DNA of 45,280 nucleotides from a virus (lineage: Duplodnaviria; Caudoviricetes). The stretch spans positions 1 to 45,280 of IMG/VR virus record IMGVR_UViG_3300027656_000001; one strand, 5' to 3'. Below, one piece after another: positions 34,401 to 42,614 of this stretch; position 1 is the stretch's first letter, and the number at the start of each line of letters is the position of its first letter. The notes below the pieces were generated by a model. That model saw only the letters and a list, made by a program, of their open reading frames with translations. It did no database searches and was not told where the DNA came from. The translations under genes were made by a program, and so were the position numbers.

Positions 34401-35816
34401 CCAAAGGAGCTGGACGCTCGCTATGCCGATATCTACACCCAAAAGTTCACCTCCAGCTTCCACGACGATCTACAGATCAAGGACGAAGCCTTGCTGGACT
34501 GGACTGATGCTAGTACCTTCCAGGATAACCCTGGTGGCTTCATCAACCGCCTCTCTAACCTTTTAGAAGAAGCCCCTATCCTACGTCTGGCAATGCCATT
34601 CGTGCGGACGCCCTACAACCTCATGGTCTACAGTGCCCAGCATTTCCCGCTACTCAACTTGGCGAGCTCCAGAGCTCGAGCCGTGCTCAGTTCGATGCCA
34701 GGTGACCCTGGTTTTGACCCAGTAGCCAAGTCCATTATGCAGGGTCGGCAAGCCATTGGTGCCACGGTCTTCGGCGCCATAGCCTTGGGAGCCCTTCAAG
34801 GGAACATCCGAGGCAATGGCCCACCGCCAGGTCCGGCCCGCGAGCTGTGGCTGCAAGAAGGTCCTGCCAAAGCAGTAAAGGTGATGGGTAGATGGGTCTC
34901 CTATGAGACAATCGAGCCCATCAACAACTTTATGGCCTTAGGTGCCGACGTTGCCCTACTGGCCCGCATGGGTTACCAGGACGCCGCCGAGCGCATAGGC
35001 CAGCAGCTGCTGTTCGCCTTTGCTGTTTCTGTAGTCGACAAAAGCTACCTAAGTGGCCTCACTGTTGTCGCCGGCTTTCTTGATCCTAAGACCTATACCT
35101 CAGGTAAACCACTTACTCGAGGCCTGGTGTCGACAGCAAACAACCTGCTGCCTATGGCTGGTGCTCGTCGAGCCATGTCAAATACCCTGAATCCCTACCT
35201 ACGGGAGATTGATGGCGAACTCAACAAGATGCTGGCTGTGGCAGTGCCTGGCTATGCTCTAAACTCCCCTACCAAAATTGACCCCTTCACCAACAAACCA
35301 TTTACCTCCCTGTCGGGTGGTTGGTATAATGCCATCTCCCCATTCAGGATCTACGACAAGGACTTCCCGGAAGGCACCGATGAGGCCATAGGTCAGGAGG
35401 TTGCAGCAGGGCTGACTGAAGCCAACTGGGATTCCAGCACCCTCACCACCAAGTTCGACCAGGGTGAGGAGATTGCAGCAGATGAGCGGGCCGCCTTCGC
35501 TAAGGCCCTATATGCAGCCAAACTGGCTCCACGGCTAAAGGAGCTATTCGATTCTCCCCGATACCAGCAGGCCCTATCGAGCTACAAAGCCCGCACTGTG
35601 GGTCTCAAGGCTGAAGAGTCAGAACACAGCGACCTGATTAACGATGAGATCTCCGACGTCAAGAAGGAGGCCCGAGCCATGATGCTCAACTCGTCCGAGA
35701 AGTGGAGAACGAGAAACGACCTGGTAATCAGGCGCAAAGCCGAGGCCGGCCGAGGCGACATCAACGCGGCCACCCAGACCTTCAAAGCACTTGAGGCACT
35801 CAACGATGACAATTAA
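31422..35816 (+). CDS. Internal virion protein D (gp16-like ejection protein)
   Basis: About 1460 aa; position before tail fibre; SILSGP.T, RAL.AADD.FK, PFVRTPYN motifs. Confidence 0.85.
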   Translation: MPAPKSIYDEPANLLLPSVTNPGPEDIAAEEERKRKERELRAKAALAQKAQANKVKGLSPSGRKLKAKDKPQPAAPTPPRKLLPDNLEDKAPWLPISWARKALKDDGKEGALGLIKETARVADAAITQMVEGVAETALWGATSAYSFIQKNTNKSLIAKIAGGPLPALPKSWDPLEKEYRYTLINSMSKDNRPSSWVGNMGADVLSFATATTKVAAMLPKIGLVAQTAGKGKLAKTAVQAVTGLPASFVADFLLTKPGDPNFASMVRDLPFVSPEIEDVVSLGLASSRTDNAFWSKLKAGVSGSLPSAVGDALTFLIASRKWSLGFAKQGMPPDEAMARGVAAGAEEAKAAKAASTGLADKQWPVATTGRLRELETKRVELEAELAELDLRAIGKPLTPELKQELDNLQPTDPSLKTPEAAPETSPELQAAEQRLKEITSKPDPDTTEFEAAAAEVDRLTAEQAAKAEPDVPPLEDGAVQQEAKRMEDINRQLADINDEKAQLEMDLSSDPASLRAEDQATFDESTTPSQAAADQIRLETSVPRIARRADVDPTILKGATSPTMGKSPSVFTDAFYKILQTAPDVTEATIKVIRQTASDMDLRAISKAAGRPINEVVADATRFIDAFRQANASAGDAVASGDDLIQTLREQKFTKTVTEDGNSKELLNAQGIVAAKTIITDTANQIYQLAQSIDELYTAGRNPGNQMDRLVDRLVAISELHKLTGAASGYSLRMFREIIGGQTGKVAPDMTPSAAKAQQTKFLKDWATDVKKLSRAGQDAAAQEKLQALVKVLVLNGGDPGGTVRQFTLLTRVGAQLAMDNIYNSILSGPITQLRNATGNFYSTVEKPLSLGLAGVFRNDAAARYAAVAAYRGLSESLSDAFEVMRISFQTGEPLQVNRRFVLQEADALAKLEAIRLTTGEIKPGMDPKAYSRAVAENAALGVVDTLYRVRNNSLFNWSSRALTAADDFFKIINSRMKIAMDSAYAAHSAGLSPKELDARYADIYTQKFTSSFHDDLQIKDEALLDWTDASTFQDNPGGFINRLSNLLEEAPILRLAMPFVRTPYNLMVYSAQHFPLLNLASSRARAVLSSMPGDPGFDPVAKSIMQGRQAIGATVFGAIALGALQGNIRGNGPPPGPARELWLQEGPAKAVKVMGRWVSYETIEPINNFMALGADVALLARMGYQDAAERIGQQLLFAFAVSVVDKSYLSGLTVVAGFLDPKTYTSGKPLTRGLVSTANNLLPMAGARRAMSNTLNPYLREIDGELNKMLAVAVPGYALNSPTKIDPFTNKPFTSLSGGWYNAISPFRIYDKDFPEGTDEAIGQEVAAGLTEANWDSSTLTTKFDQGEEIAADERAAFAKALYAAKLAPRLKELFDSPRYQQALSSYKARTVGLKAEESEHSDLINDEISDVKKEARAMMLNSSEKWRTRNDLVIRRKAEAGRGDINAATQTFKALEALNDDN

Positions 35817-37638
35817 CCCCTACAGCCCAGCTACAGCCACAGGAAACGGAACCCAGGTGGACTTCACGTTCACCTTTCCGTATATCGCCCGGGCCCACAT
35901 CAAGGCCTCGATTAACGGTGCGCTGACAACAGCCTTCACCTTCTTCAGCTCCAGTATTCTGCGATTCACCACGGCCCCTGCAAACGGGGCTGTGGTGCGA
36001 ATCTTCCGGGAAACTCCAGGGGACGCCCTTGTTGCGGTGTTCCAAGCTGGGGGTCCTCTTCCAATTCCTGGACTCAACAACAACTTCCGGCAGAGCCTGT
36101 ACTACAACCAAGAAACTAATGAGAATGTAGCCAACGCTGTTGCTGGTCAGATACCGAATGGCACCATTACTGATGAAGAAGTAAATGCTGCTGCTAATAT
36201 CAATGCCACCAAGCTAGCCTTCACCCAAAGTGGCACAGGTGCGGTTACCAGGACCATTGATTCCAAACTTAAGGACATTTTCAACGTCAAAGACTTTGGG
36301 GCCAAAGGCGACAACAGTACCGATGACACCGCCGCCATCCAAGCATGTATCAATGCAGCAGAAGCCGCCTATCGGGGAGTTGTTCTCTTTCCCCGTGGCT
36401 TGTATCGAATCAGCGCATCTCTACAGCTGCCAAGTTTCGTTACCCTCCGCGGAGAAACGAAGGAAGGCTGCTGGATCACCAACCAGGGTGCGCCGCTTAA
36501 TGTGCCACATGTGGTCAACAAATACCCTGACGCTTTACTCTTTGCAGCGATTGAAGACTTGTCGTTTCTGTACGGCACCTACGGGGTTAAGATTGATGTA
36601 ACCGCAGAGGTAGCGGGCCTTAGGTTTCAAAATGTCGAATTTTTTAGCCACACCGAAGCTAGTTTCTATTGCAACAAGCTGCTGCAAACAAGTACATTTA
36701 CTAACGTCAACTTCAGCACTAGCAAGTATGGGTTAAGGGTTCCTGCGTTTACATCCAATGCGAACACGTTCGTAAATTGTGGATTCCTCGTCAATACCGA
36801 AGCCTGTGTTGATCTTTACATTTCGGAAGTAAACAACTTCATCAGCTGTAGGTTCGAGGGTGGTGGCGTGGCTGGTAAGCCTACAATCAAGGTTTTCCAA
36901 GCCAAAGCCCTAAACTTTACTGGTTGCTACTTTGAGGCAACTAATAGAATCCTGCTCCAGGAAACGGGCTCCTTCAACTCTGTCAGATTTGAGGGTAACC
37001 ACTTCACCGGATCAGGTGGAGGCCCTGGTTGGCAGCCCTACACCTTTACAAGTGATGGCGTAGTTGAGTTTGGTGGCAACAGGTGGGGAGAGGTGCCAAG
37101 TGACGGCCCCGCAAAGATGCTTGTCACTGGCATTAATAACTCCATCGCTGACCCTACAAAGATGTTGGGCAGCAAGGACAGCACTATCTACCTGACTGCC
37201 ACTAGGTCTGCGTACAACATCGTGTCACCAGTAATTCCGTGTCCAAACCTTACAAGGAACTTGATAGGAATTACCAAACTGGTAACTGACGGAGCACTCA
37301 CCAACCTTAACATGCTCACGGGCATTCTGACAACGAACCTTTATGCGATAGAAGCTGGCGGCTTTCCTAATAGTCATACTGGCATCTACCGTTTAGTTTT
37401 TCAATCCGTTGGAGTTGGTGTTATTGATGTCAGCATTACCACCATTAGCTCAACTTCATTAGTTGGTGGAGTAAGTGCCACACTTGCCTCTGGTTATACT
37501 AACACTAGCGCCACAGTAGCAATAACGTTTGCAGGCGTTACACCAGCTACGCAAATCTCATCTGCGTTCCAATGGAGCTTTGAGTGTCTTAACACTGGCA
37601 CCACCCGTAATGACATTATGATTCCAGCAATCGTCTAA
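35806..37638 (+). CDS. Tail fibre/tailspike: T7 gp17-type N-terminal anchor plus pectate-lyase-like beta-helix
   Basis: GNG....FTFTFPY, LNNNF.Q.LY..QE; NVKDFGAKGD...DDTAAIQA. Confidence 0.9.
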   Translation: MTINPYSPATATGNGTQVDFTFTFPYIARAHIKASINGALTTAFTFFSSSILRFTTAPANGAVVRIFRETPGDALVAVFQAGGPLPIPGLNNNFRQSLYYNQETNENVANAVAGQIPNGTITDEEVNAAANINATKLAFTQSGTGAVTRTIDSKLKDIFNVKDFGAKGDNSTDDTAAIQACINAAEAAYRGVVLFPRGLYRISASLQLPSFVTLRGETKEGCWITNQGAPLNVPHVVNKYPDALLFAAIEDLSFLYGTYGVKIDVTAEVAGLRFQNVEFFSHTEASFYCNKLLQTSTFTNVNFSTSKYGLRVPAFTSNANTFVNCGFLVNTEACVDLYISEVNNFISCRFEGGGVAGKPTIKVFQAKALNFTGCYFEATNRILLQETGSFNSVRFEGNHFTGSGGGPGWQPYTFTSDGVVEFGGNRWGEVPSDGPAKMLVTGINNSIADPTKMLGSKDSTIYLTATRSAYNIVSPVIPCPNLTRNLIGITKLVTDGALTNLNMLTGILTTNLYAIEAGGFPNSHTGIYRLVFQSVGVGVIDVSITTISSTSLVGGVSATLASGYTNTSATVAITFAGVTPATQISSAFQWSFECLNTGTTRNDIMIPAIV

Positions 37639-37718
37639 AACAGCTGTGGCTATTCAAGACTCTGCCTGAGTTTGAAGGCGCCAAAGACGTCTAACCATCC
37701 TCTGTTTCCTGCTAACTC

Positions 37719-38006
37719 ATGTCCCTTAAATCTCTCGTCGGCGTCCCTTCCGACACTCCTGTCCAAACCGTCAGCATCCCCCTGCCCACCGACGGTACGG
37801 GTCTGGTTCTCCTGATTGCATTCGCTGTTGGGGAAATCCTCCCATTCCTAGGCGGGCGATTCAAGAAGTTCAACGGCATCACCCAGGGCCTTCTGCGCCT
37901 GCTCTCCCTGGCCAAACCCTTCCGTAGGGAAGATGAGGCCGTGGCCCAGTTGAAGGCTGAGCTGGAAGCCATCAAGAAGACCTTCGATCGTCAGGGTCTG
38001 CGATGA
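37719..38006 (+). CDS. Small membrane protein (holin candidate)
   Basis: TM segment GLVLLIAFAVGEILPF; coupled to the endolysin. Confidence 0.55.
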   Translation: MSLKSLVGVPSDTPVQTVSIPLPTDGTGLVLLIAFAVGEILPFLGGRFKKFNGITQGLLRLLSLAKPFRREDEAVAQLKAELEAIKKTFDRQGLR

Positions 38007-39121
38007 CTGACATCCTCTGGAAGGTGCCTCAATACTTTCTCCAGGGGGATTCAGTCACCCGCCACGGAAGCCGGATGTGCCGCGCCAGCACCTGCGCGAT
38101 GGCCATCAAGTTTCTGCGACCCGAATCCCTCAAGGGTGCTAACGCCGACGATTTCTACCTGAAGACGGTCCTGAAGTACGGCGACACCATCTACCCAGCC
38201 CCCCACGAGAAGGCCTGCCTCGAATACGGGGTCAAGGCCACAAACTACACCAACGGTACCTTCACAGCCCTGCTGGAGGCCTTACAGAGGGGTCCGGTAG
38301 GTGTGGGCTTCCTACACCACGGACCTGTCACAGCCCCCCGTGGAGGGGGCCACTGGGTCCTTCTGATCGGAGCCACCGAAACCCACGGCATCTTCCACGA
38401 TCCCTACGGGGAGCTGGACAACGTCAACGGCGGCTACGCCCAGATCGGCTCAGGAGGCAAGGCCGTCCGCTACAGCTGGAAGAACTTTCTGCCCAGGTGG
38501 GCCAGCCCTTCCATTGGTCCTGGGTTCTATACCACCTTCGAGCTGGTCGAGGCTGATAAAGCCCCCGATGCACCTAAAGCTGAGTCTCCGCTGCCAATCT
38601 CAGCTGCAACCCTTGCTCACATCTGGGGATGCCGGCCTGATCAGATCAGACCCTCGGAGATCTCCGAGCTAAATGCCGGGATGACCAAGTTTGGCATCAC
38701 CTCCAAGGCCAACGTGCGTCACTTCCTGGCCCAGACCGCTCACGAGAGTGGCGGAGGCCGCTGGATGGAGGAGCTGGCCTCCGGGACGGCCTATGAGGGA
38801 CGTACAGACCTCGGAAACGTCCAACCTGGGGACGGTGTCAAGTTCAAAGGGGCTGGCTACCTCCAGGTGACGGGTCGAGACAACTACGCCCGCCTTGCCA
38901 AGGCCCTGAATGCCCCCAAAATCCTCCAACTGGGCTGCCCGTACGTTGCCGAGACGTACCCAGTGACCTCGGCAGCCTGGTGGTGGAAGGAGGTAGGCAA
39001 GCTCATTGCCCTCTGCGACGCTGGATCCACCGTCAAGAACGTCACCCTGGTGGTCAATGGCGGCTCCAACGGTCTCCGTGAGCGGGAGGCACTCTATCGC
39101 AAGACCCTCGACGTAATCTGA
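38003..39121 (+). CDS. Endolysin: C39-like cysteine peptidase fused to GH19 lysozyme/chitinase
   Basis: MCRASTCAM...GHWVLLIG...HDPYG; FLAQTAHESGG, KGAGYLQVTGRDNY, VNGG.NG. Confidence 0.88.
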   Translation: MTDILWKVPQYFLQGDSVTRHGSRMCRASTCAMAIKFLRPESLKGANADDFYLKTVLKYGDTIYPAPHEKACLEYGVKATNYTNGTFTALLEALQRGPVGVGFLHHGPVTAPRGGGHWVLLIGATETHGIFHDPYGELDNVNGGYAQIGSGGKAVRYSWKNFLPRWASPSIGPGFYTTFELVEADKAPDAPKAESPLPISAATLAHIWGCRPDQIRPSEISELNAGMTKFGITSKANVRHFLAQTAHESGGGRWMEELASGTAYEGRTDLGNVQPGDGVKFKGAGYLQVTGRDNYARLAKALNAPKILQLGCPYVAETYPVTSAAWWWKEVGKLIALCDAGSTVKNVTLVVNGGSNGLREREALYRKTLDVI

Positions 39122-39124
39122 ACC

Positions 39125-39358
39125 ATGGCAAAGGCCACCGAAAAGGACTTTAACGTTCTTCATGGGCTCCTCACCACTGAGCTCACCAACCGAATCAACA
39201 AGGGCGCTGCTTGTTCCACCGCAGACCTCAGGACAGCCGTAGACTGGCTGGCCAAAAACAACATCACCGGGGTCGTTGCCCAGGGCAGCCCCCTGCACTC
39301 CCTCATGGAAGGCCTGACTGAGGCCGATCAGGAGTTTGTGGAAGGCCTGGTCCAATGA
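39125..39358 (+). CDS. terS: Terminase small subunit (gp18-like)
   Basis: KATE..FN.LH.L.T.E...STADL..A..WL..NNITG. Confidence 0.75.
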   Translation: MAKATEKDFNVLHGLLTTELTNRINKGAACSTADLRTAVDWLAKNNITGVVAQGSPLHSLMEGLTEADQEFVEGLVQ

Positions 39359-39588
39359 ACGAGCAGCTCCGGGGCGCCATCCTTGCCGCCATTGCGTCGG
39401 TGATGGGGTGGCTTGCCATTACATCGGTTGGACTTCTCATTCAGGTGTCCACCCTCCAGGCCACCACCACCGCCCTGAAGGAGTCGCAGCAGCAGAACTC
39501 CGAGCGAGATCATCGCCTGGAGGACAAACTACGAGACGAGCTTAACGAGCTTCGAAGCCTTATCGAGGAGTTTTATGGCCGCAAGTAA
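39355..39588 (+). CDS. TM plus coiled-coil small protein (lysis-associated candidate)
   Basis: N-terminal TM followed by heptads. Confidence 0.6.
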   Translation: MNEQLRGAILAAIASVMGWLAITSVGLLIQVSTLQATTTALKESQQQNSERDHRLEDKLRDELNELRSLIEEFYGRK

Positions 39589-39853
39589 ATCTGCAAAGTA
39601 TTACGCTAAGAACCCAAAAGCCGCAGCCAAGAAAGCAGCCTACCAGCGAGTCCTCAACAAGAAACCGGCTGTAAAGGCAGCCTCTGAGGAACGCTGGGCA
39701 GAGCGCAAGCGGCGAGGGATTGCTGGGAAAGGCGGAAAGGATCTTAGCCACCGTACGGACGGGAAGATGGTCCTCGAGTCGCCGGCAAAGAATCGAGCCA
39801 GGAATGGGCATGGTGATAACGCGGTACGCAAGCCTATCAAACGGAAACGCTAA
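39575..39853 (+). CDS. Basic phage protein (GKGGKDLSH...NRARNG)
   Basis: K/R-rich ORF. Confidence 0.7.
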   Translation: MAASKSAKYYAKNPKAAAKKAAYQRVLNKKPAVKAASEERWAERKRRGIAGKGGKDLSHRTDGKMVLESPAKNRARNGHGDNAVRKPIKRKR

Positions 39854-39907
39854 ACCACCTCATGCCAAGTTTGACCCCCGGACCACCTTCTCCAGGATCT
39901 CCAGGCC

Positions 39908-40168
39908 ATGACCAGCTCCGAAGCGAAACGCCTGTGGCGCGAATCCATTAAGGCTCACTACAACCACAGATGTGTCTACTGTGGGTCTCCCGACAATCTT
40001 ACGCTCGATCATGTTAAGGCCAAGGTTAACGGTGGGCAAGATGTTGCCTCCAACCTCGTAGCCGCCTGTGTGTCGTGCAACCGAAGCAAGGGTTCGAGAG
40101 ACGTCCTCGACTGGTTCCTGAGCCAGCCCTTCTTCCACCCGTCCATCCTGCAAAGTCTACCCCTATGA
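39908..40168 (+). CDS. HNH endonuclease
   Basis: CVYCG...LTLDHV....GG.D..SNLV.AC..CN..K. Confidence 0.9.
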   Translation: MTSSEAKRLWRESIKAHYNHRCVYCGSPDNLTLDHVKAKVNGGQDVASNLVAACVSCNRSKGSRDVLDWFLSQPFFHPSILQSLPL

Positions 40169-41241
40169 CTGCGGTCGTCATCCAAAACCCTAACCGTTTG
40201 GGGTACATCAAACGAGACAAAAAACGATACACCCTTTTGAGAGAAAGGCGAAGATACCCAGCGTTGTGGGCCAAAGCTGGAGCAGTGCCATCACTGGACC
40301 TGCGCTTTGCTGACGACAAGAGCCTGATCGACGCGGTCACTGGGCAGCAGTTGGTCACGCACACCCGCGTCGGCTCTGGCACGTTTACGGATAGTGCTGG
40401 GACGCTGCAGACGGCAGCCACTAATGTGCCTAGGTTCGACCACAACCCCACGACCGGCGAGAGCCTGGGGCTGTTGGTGGAGGAGGCGAGGACTAATTTA
40501 CTGCTGAACAGCGGCACCCTGTCAACTCAGAGCGCCACTGTTACCGCTGTCGCCCATACGCTGCATTTCACCGGCACCGGCACAATCACGCTGACAGGCG
40601 CCAGCACTGCCGGCCCGCTGGTTGGCACCGGCACTGGCGAGGCTAACCGGGTCAGCCTGACGTTTACCCCAACCGCAGGCAGCCTGGCGCTGACAGTGAG
40701 CGGCACTGTTACTAATGCCCAGCTAGAGGCCGGAGCGTTTCGGACCTCCTACATCGCCACCGCCGGAGCCACTGCCACCCGCGCCGCAGATGTGGTCATC
40801 ATCACGGGCAGTGCGTTTAGTTCGTGGTATCGGCAGGATGAGGGCAGTTTCTTTGTGAGCCACGATGCAAGGCAAGTTTTACTGGTCGCTAATAACAATT
40901 CATTTAACGAACGCCAACCCCAAATGGGACTAGGCGCAACCTTAGTACACGATTTTTACAACATTACGGGTGGTGTTATTCAGGCAAACAACACTGGTCT
41001 AACGCATATTATTGGGACTACCAGCAGGGCTGCTTACACATATAAAACGAATGACTTTATTGGTGCAGTAAATGGGTCGCTAACGGCATCTGACACTTCT
41101 GGATTAGTAAGTTCATCAGCAAGCCAGCTAAATATTGGCGCCTTTCAGGGTGGAGGAAGTGGTGCTTGTGGAACCTTAAGGCGTATTTGCTTCTGGCCCC
41201 AACGCCTTCCCAACTCCACGCTGCAATCCATAACCCAGTAA
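40165..41241 (+). CDS. Virion fibre/spike protein with lectin (LamG-like) C-terminus
   Basis: PRFDHNPTTGESLGLLVEEARTNLL, AQLEAGAF.TSYI.T...TRAAD. Confidence 0.75.
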   Translation: MTAVVIQNPNRLGYIKRDKKRYTLLRERRRYPALWAKAGAVPSLDLRFADDKSLIDAVTGQQLVTHTRVGSGTFTDSAGTLQTAATNVPRFDHNPTTGESLGLLVEEARTNLLLNSGTLSTQSATVTAVAHTLHFTGTGTITLTGASTAGPLVGTGTGEANRVSLTFTPTAGSLALTVSGTVTNAQLEAGAFRTSYIATAGATATRAADVVIITGSAFSSWYRQDEGSFFVSHDARQVLLVANNNSFNERQPQMGLGATLVHDFYNITGGVIQANNTGLTHIIGTTSRAAYTYKTNDFIGAVNGSLTASDTSGLVSSSASQLNIGAFQGGGSGACGTLRRICFWPQRLPNSTLQSITQ

Positions 41242-41353
41242 CACCATGCCAACCCCCGACTACAAAACCCTCGCCTTACGCCTTTACGCTCACGCCCAGT
41301 AACCAGGTGTTTGCCTAGTAATTTTTTTCCTTTTCTCATTTCCTCTTAAACCC

Positions 41354-41938
41354 ATGTCTACTCTTCCTGCAGGCGAATCCGCCTACGGTGCCTTTCCTAG
41401 CACCACTGTGGCTGCCGCCAGCCGTACCACAGTTCAGACCCCCTTCTCCAACCAGGTATCCACCGGCTTTGCTTTCCGCAAGACACGGCTCGACAAGCAT
41501 CGCCTCAACCGCACCATCCAGGGCACAGCTACTGTGGCTGTCGTCAACGCTTCTGTGGCCGTCGCCACGGATGCCATCAACACCGTTCGCCTGGCTGACC
41601 GGGTTCCTAGCACCCTGGTAAACGGCAAGCGCACCGGCCGTGTCCGCAGCGTCACCCAGACGTCCATCGGCACCATCGGCACCCTGGTGGGTGGCACCGG
41701 CTACACCAATGGAACCTACACCAACGTTCCCCTACGAAGGGTGTCTTCTAATGAAGGCTACCGTGGTGGCGCAGCTGCCAACATTACCGTGGCTGGCGGC
41801 ATCGTGACCGTCTGCACCCTAGTATCCACTCGAACCGGTGAAGGCTACGCAGTGGGCGATACTCTGACCGCACAGGCCGGAACCATAGGTGCGGGTACAG
41901 GCTTTAGCGTCACGGTTGCTACCTTGACAGAGGGCTGA
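41354..41938 (+). CDS. Thr/Gly-rich putative virion structural protein
   Basis: GGTGYTNGTYTNV...G.GY.VGDTLT beta-rich module. Confidence 0.7.
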   Translation: MSTLPAGESAYGAFPSTTVAAASRTTVQTPFSNQVSTGFAFRKTRLDKHRLNRTIQGTATVAVVNASVAVATDAINTVRLADRVPSTLVNGKRTGRVRSVTQTSIGTIGTLVGGTGYTNGTYTNVPLRRVSSNEGYRGGAAANITVAGGIVTVCTLVSTRTGEGYAVGDTLTAQAGTIGAGTGFSVTVATLTEG

Positions 41939-41941
41939 ATC

Positions 41942-42556
41942 GTGGCACCACAAAAGCCCAAGGTTACATCCAGCTCCGATCGCTCCAAGCGGGCTGCTCG
42001 GTCCAAGGCGACCGTGTCAGGTTCCAAGCCATCCAACCGGGCCAACCGGGCGTCGGTGTCGACGGCCAAGGTAACCGGGAGTGGTAACTTCGAGCGGGCA
42101 GACCGCCAACGCACTAGCATGGCTCGTGTGACAACTGCAGGAGCGCGGTCTACCGCCCCCGGCACTGCCAATGCCACAGCCAACGCTCGTCCGGTTACTC
42201 GGACGGCAGCTAGCAACACTGCCTCTGCGCGTATGCGTGGGACGCTGCGCACGACTGCTGCTGGCAGAGCTGGGGCAGCCGTGGCCAGGGTGGCTGGAGC
42301 GGCCAAGAGCTTTGGCCCCGCAGCTGTTGCAGCGGAGACCCTCAAAGCTCGCCCCACGGCCGCGGGTACCCTCACGTCAGCCCTCAAGCGTGGCGACTAC
42401 AAACCGCGCCAAGGACCCAGTGTCCCTTCGCGCCTGACGCAAGGAGGCATGGACAAGGGCTCCTTCAACAGCGCCTTCAAGGCTAGCCGTGCCGCCGGGA
42501 AGAAAACCTTCTCGTGGAAAGGCAAGAAGTACACGACCAAGAAAGCCGGCGAATAA
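41942..42556 (+). CDS. Highly basic Ala/Arg/Thr-rich protein
   Basis: C-terminal SFNSAFKASR.AGKKTFSWKGKKYTT motif; GTG start. Confidence 0.7.
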   Translation: MAPQKPKVTSSSDRSKRAARSKATVSGSKPSNRANRASVSTAKVTGSGNFERADRQRTSMARVTTAGARSTAPGTANATANARPVTRTAASNTASARMRGTLRTTAAGRAGAAVARVAGAAKSFGPAAVAAETLKARPTAAGTLTSALKRGDYKPRQGPSVPSRLTQGGMDKGSFNSAFKASRAAGKKTFSWKGKKYTTKKAGE

Positions 42557-42585
42557 CGCATCGGATCCTCCGTTTTTCCAGCATC

Positions 42586-42608
42586 AGGGCCTTCGGGCCC
42601 TTTTTTTT
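42586..42608 (+). terminator. Strong intrinsic terminator just upstream of terL
   Basis: AGGGCC-TTCG-GGCCCT with a T8 run. Confidence 0.85.
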
Positions 42609-42614
42609 ACTCCT

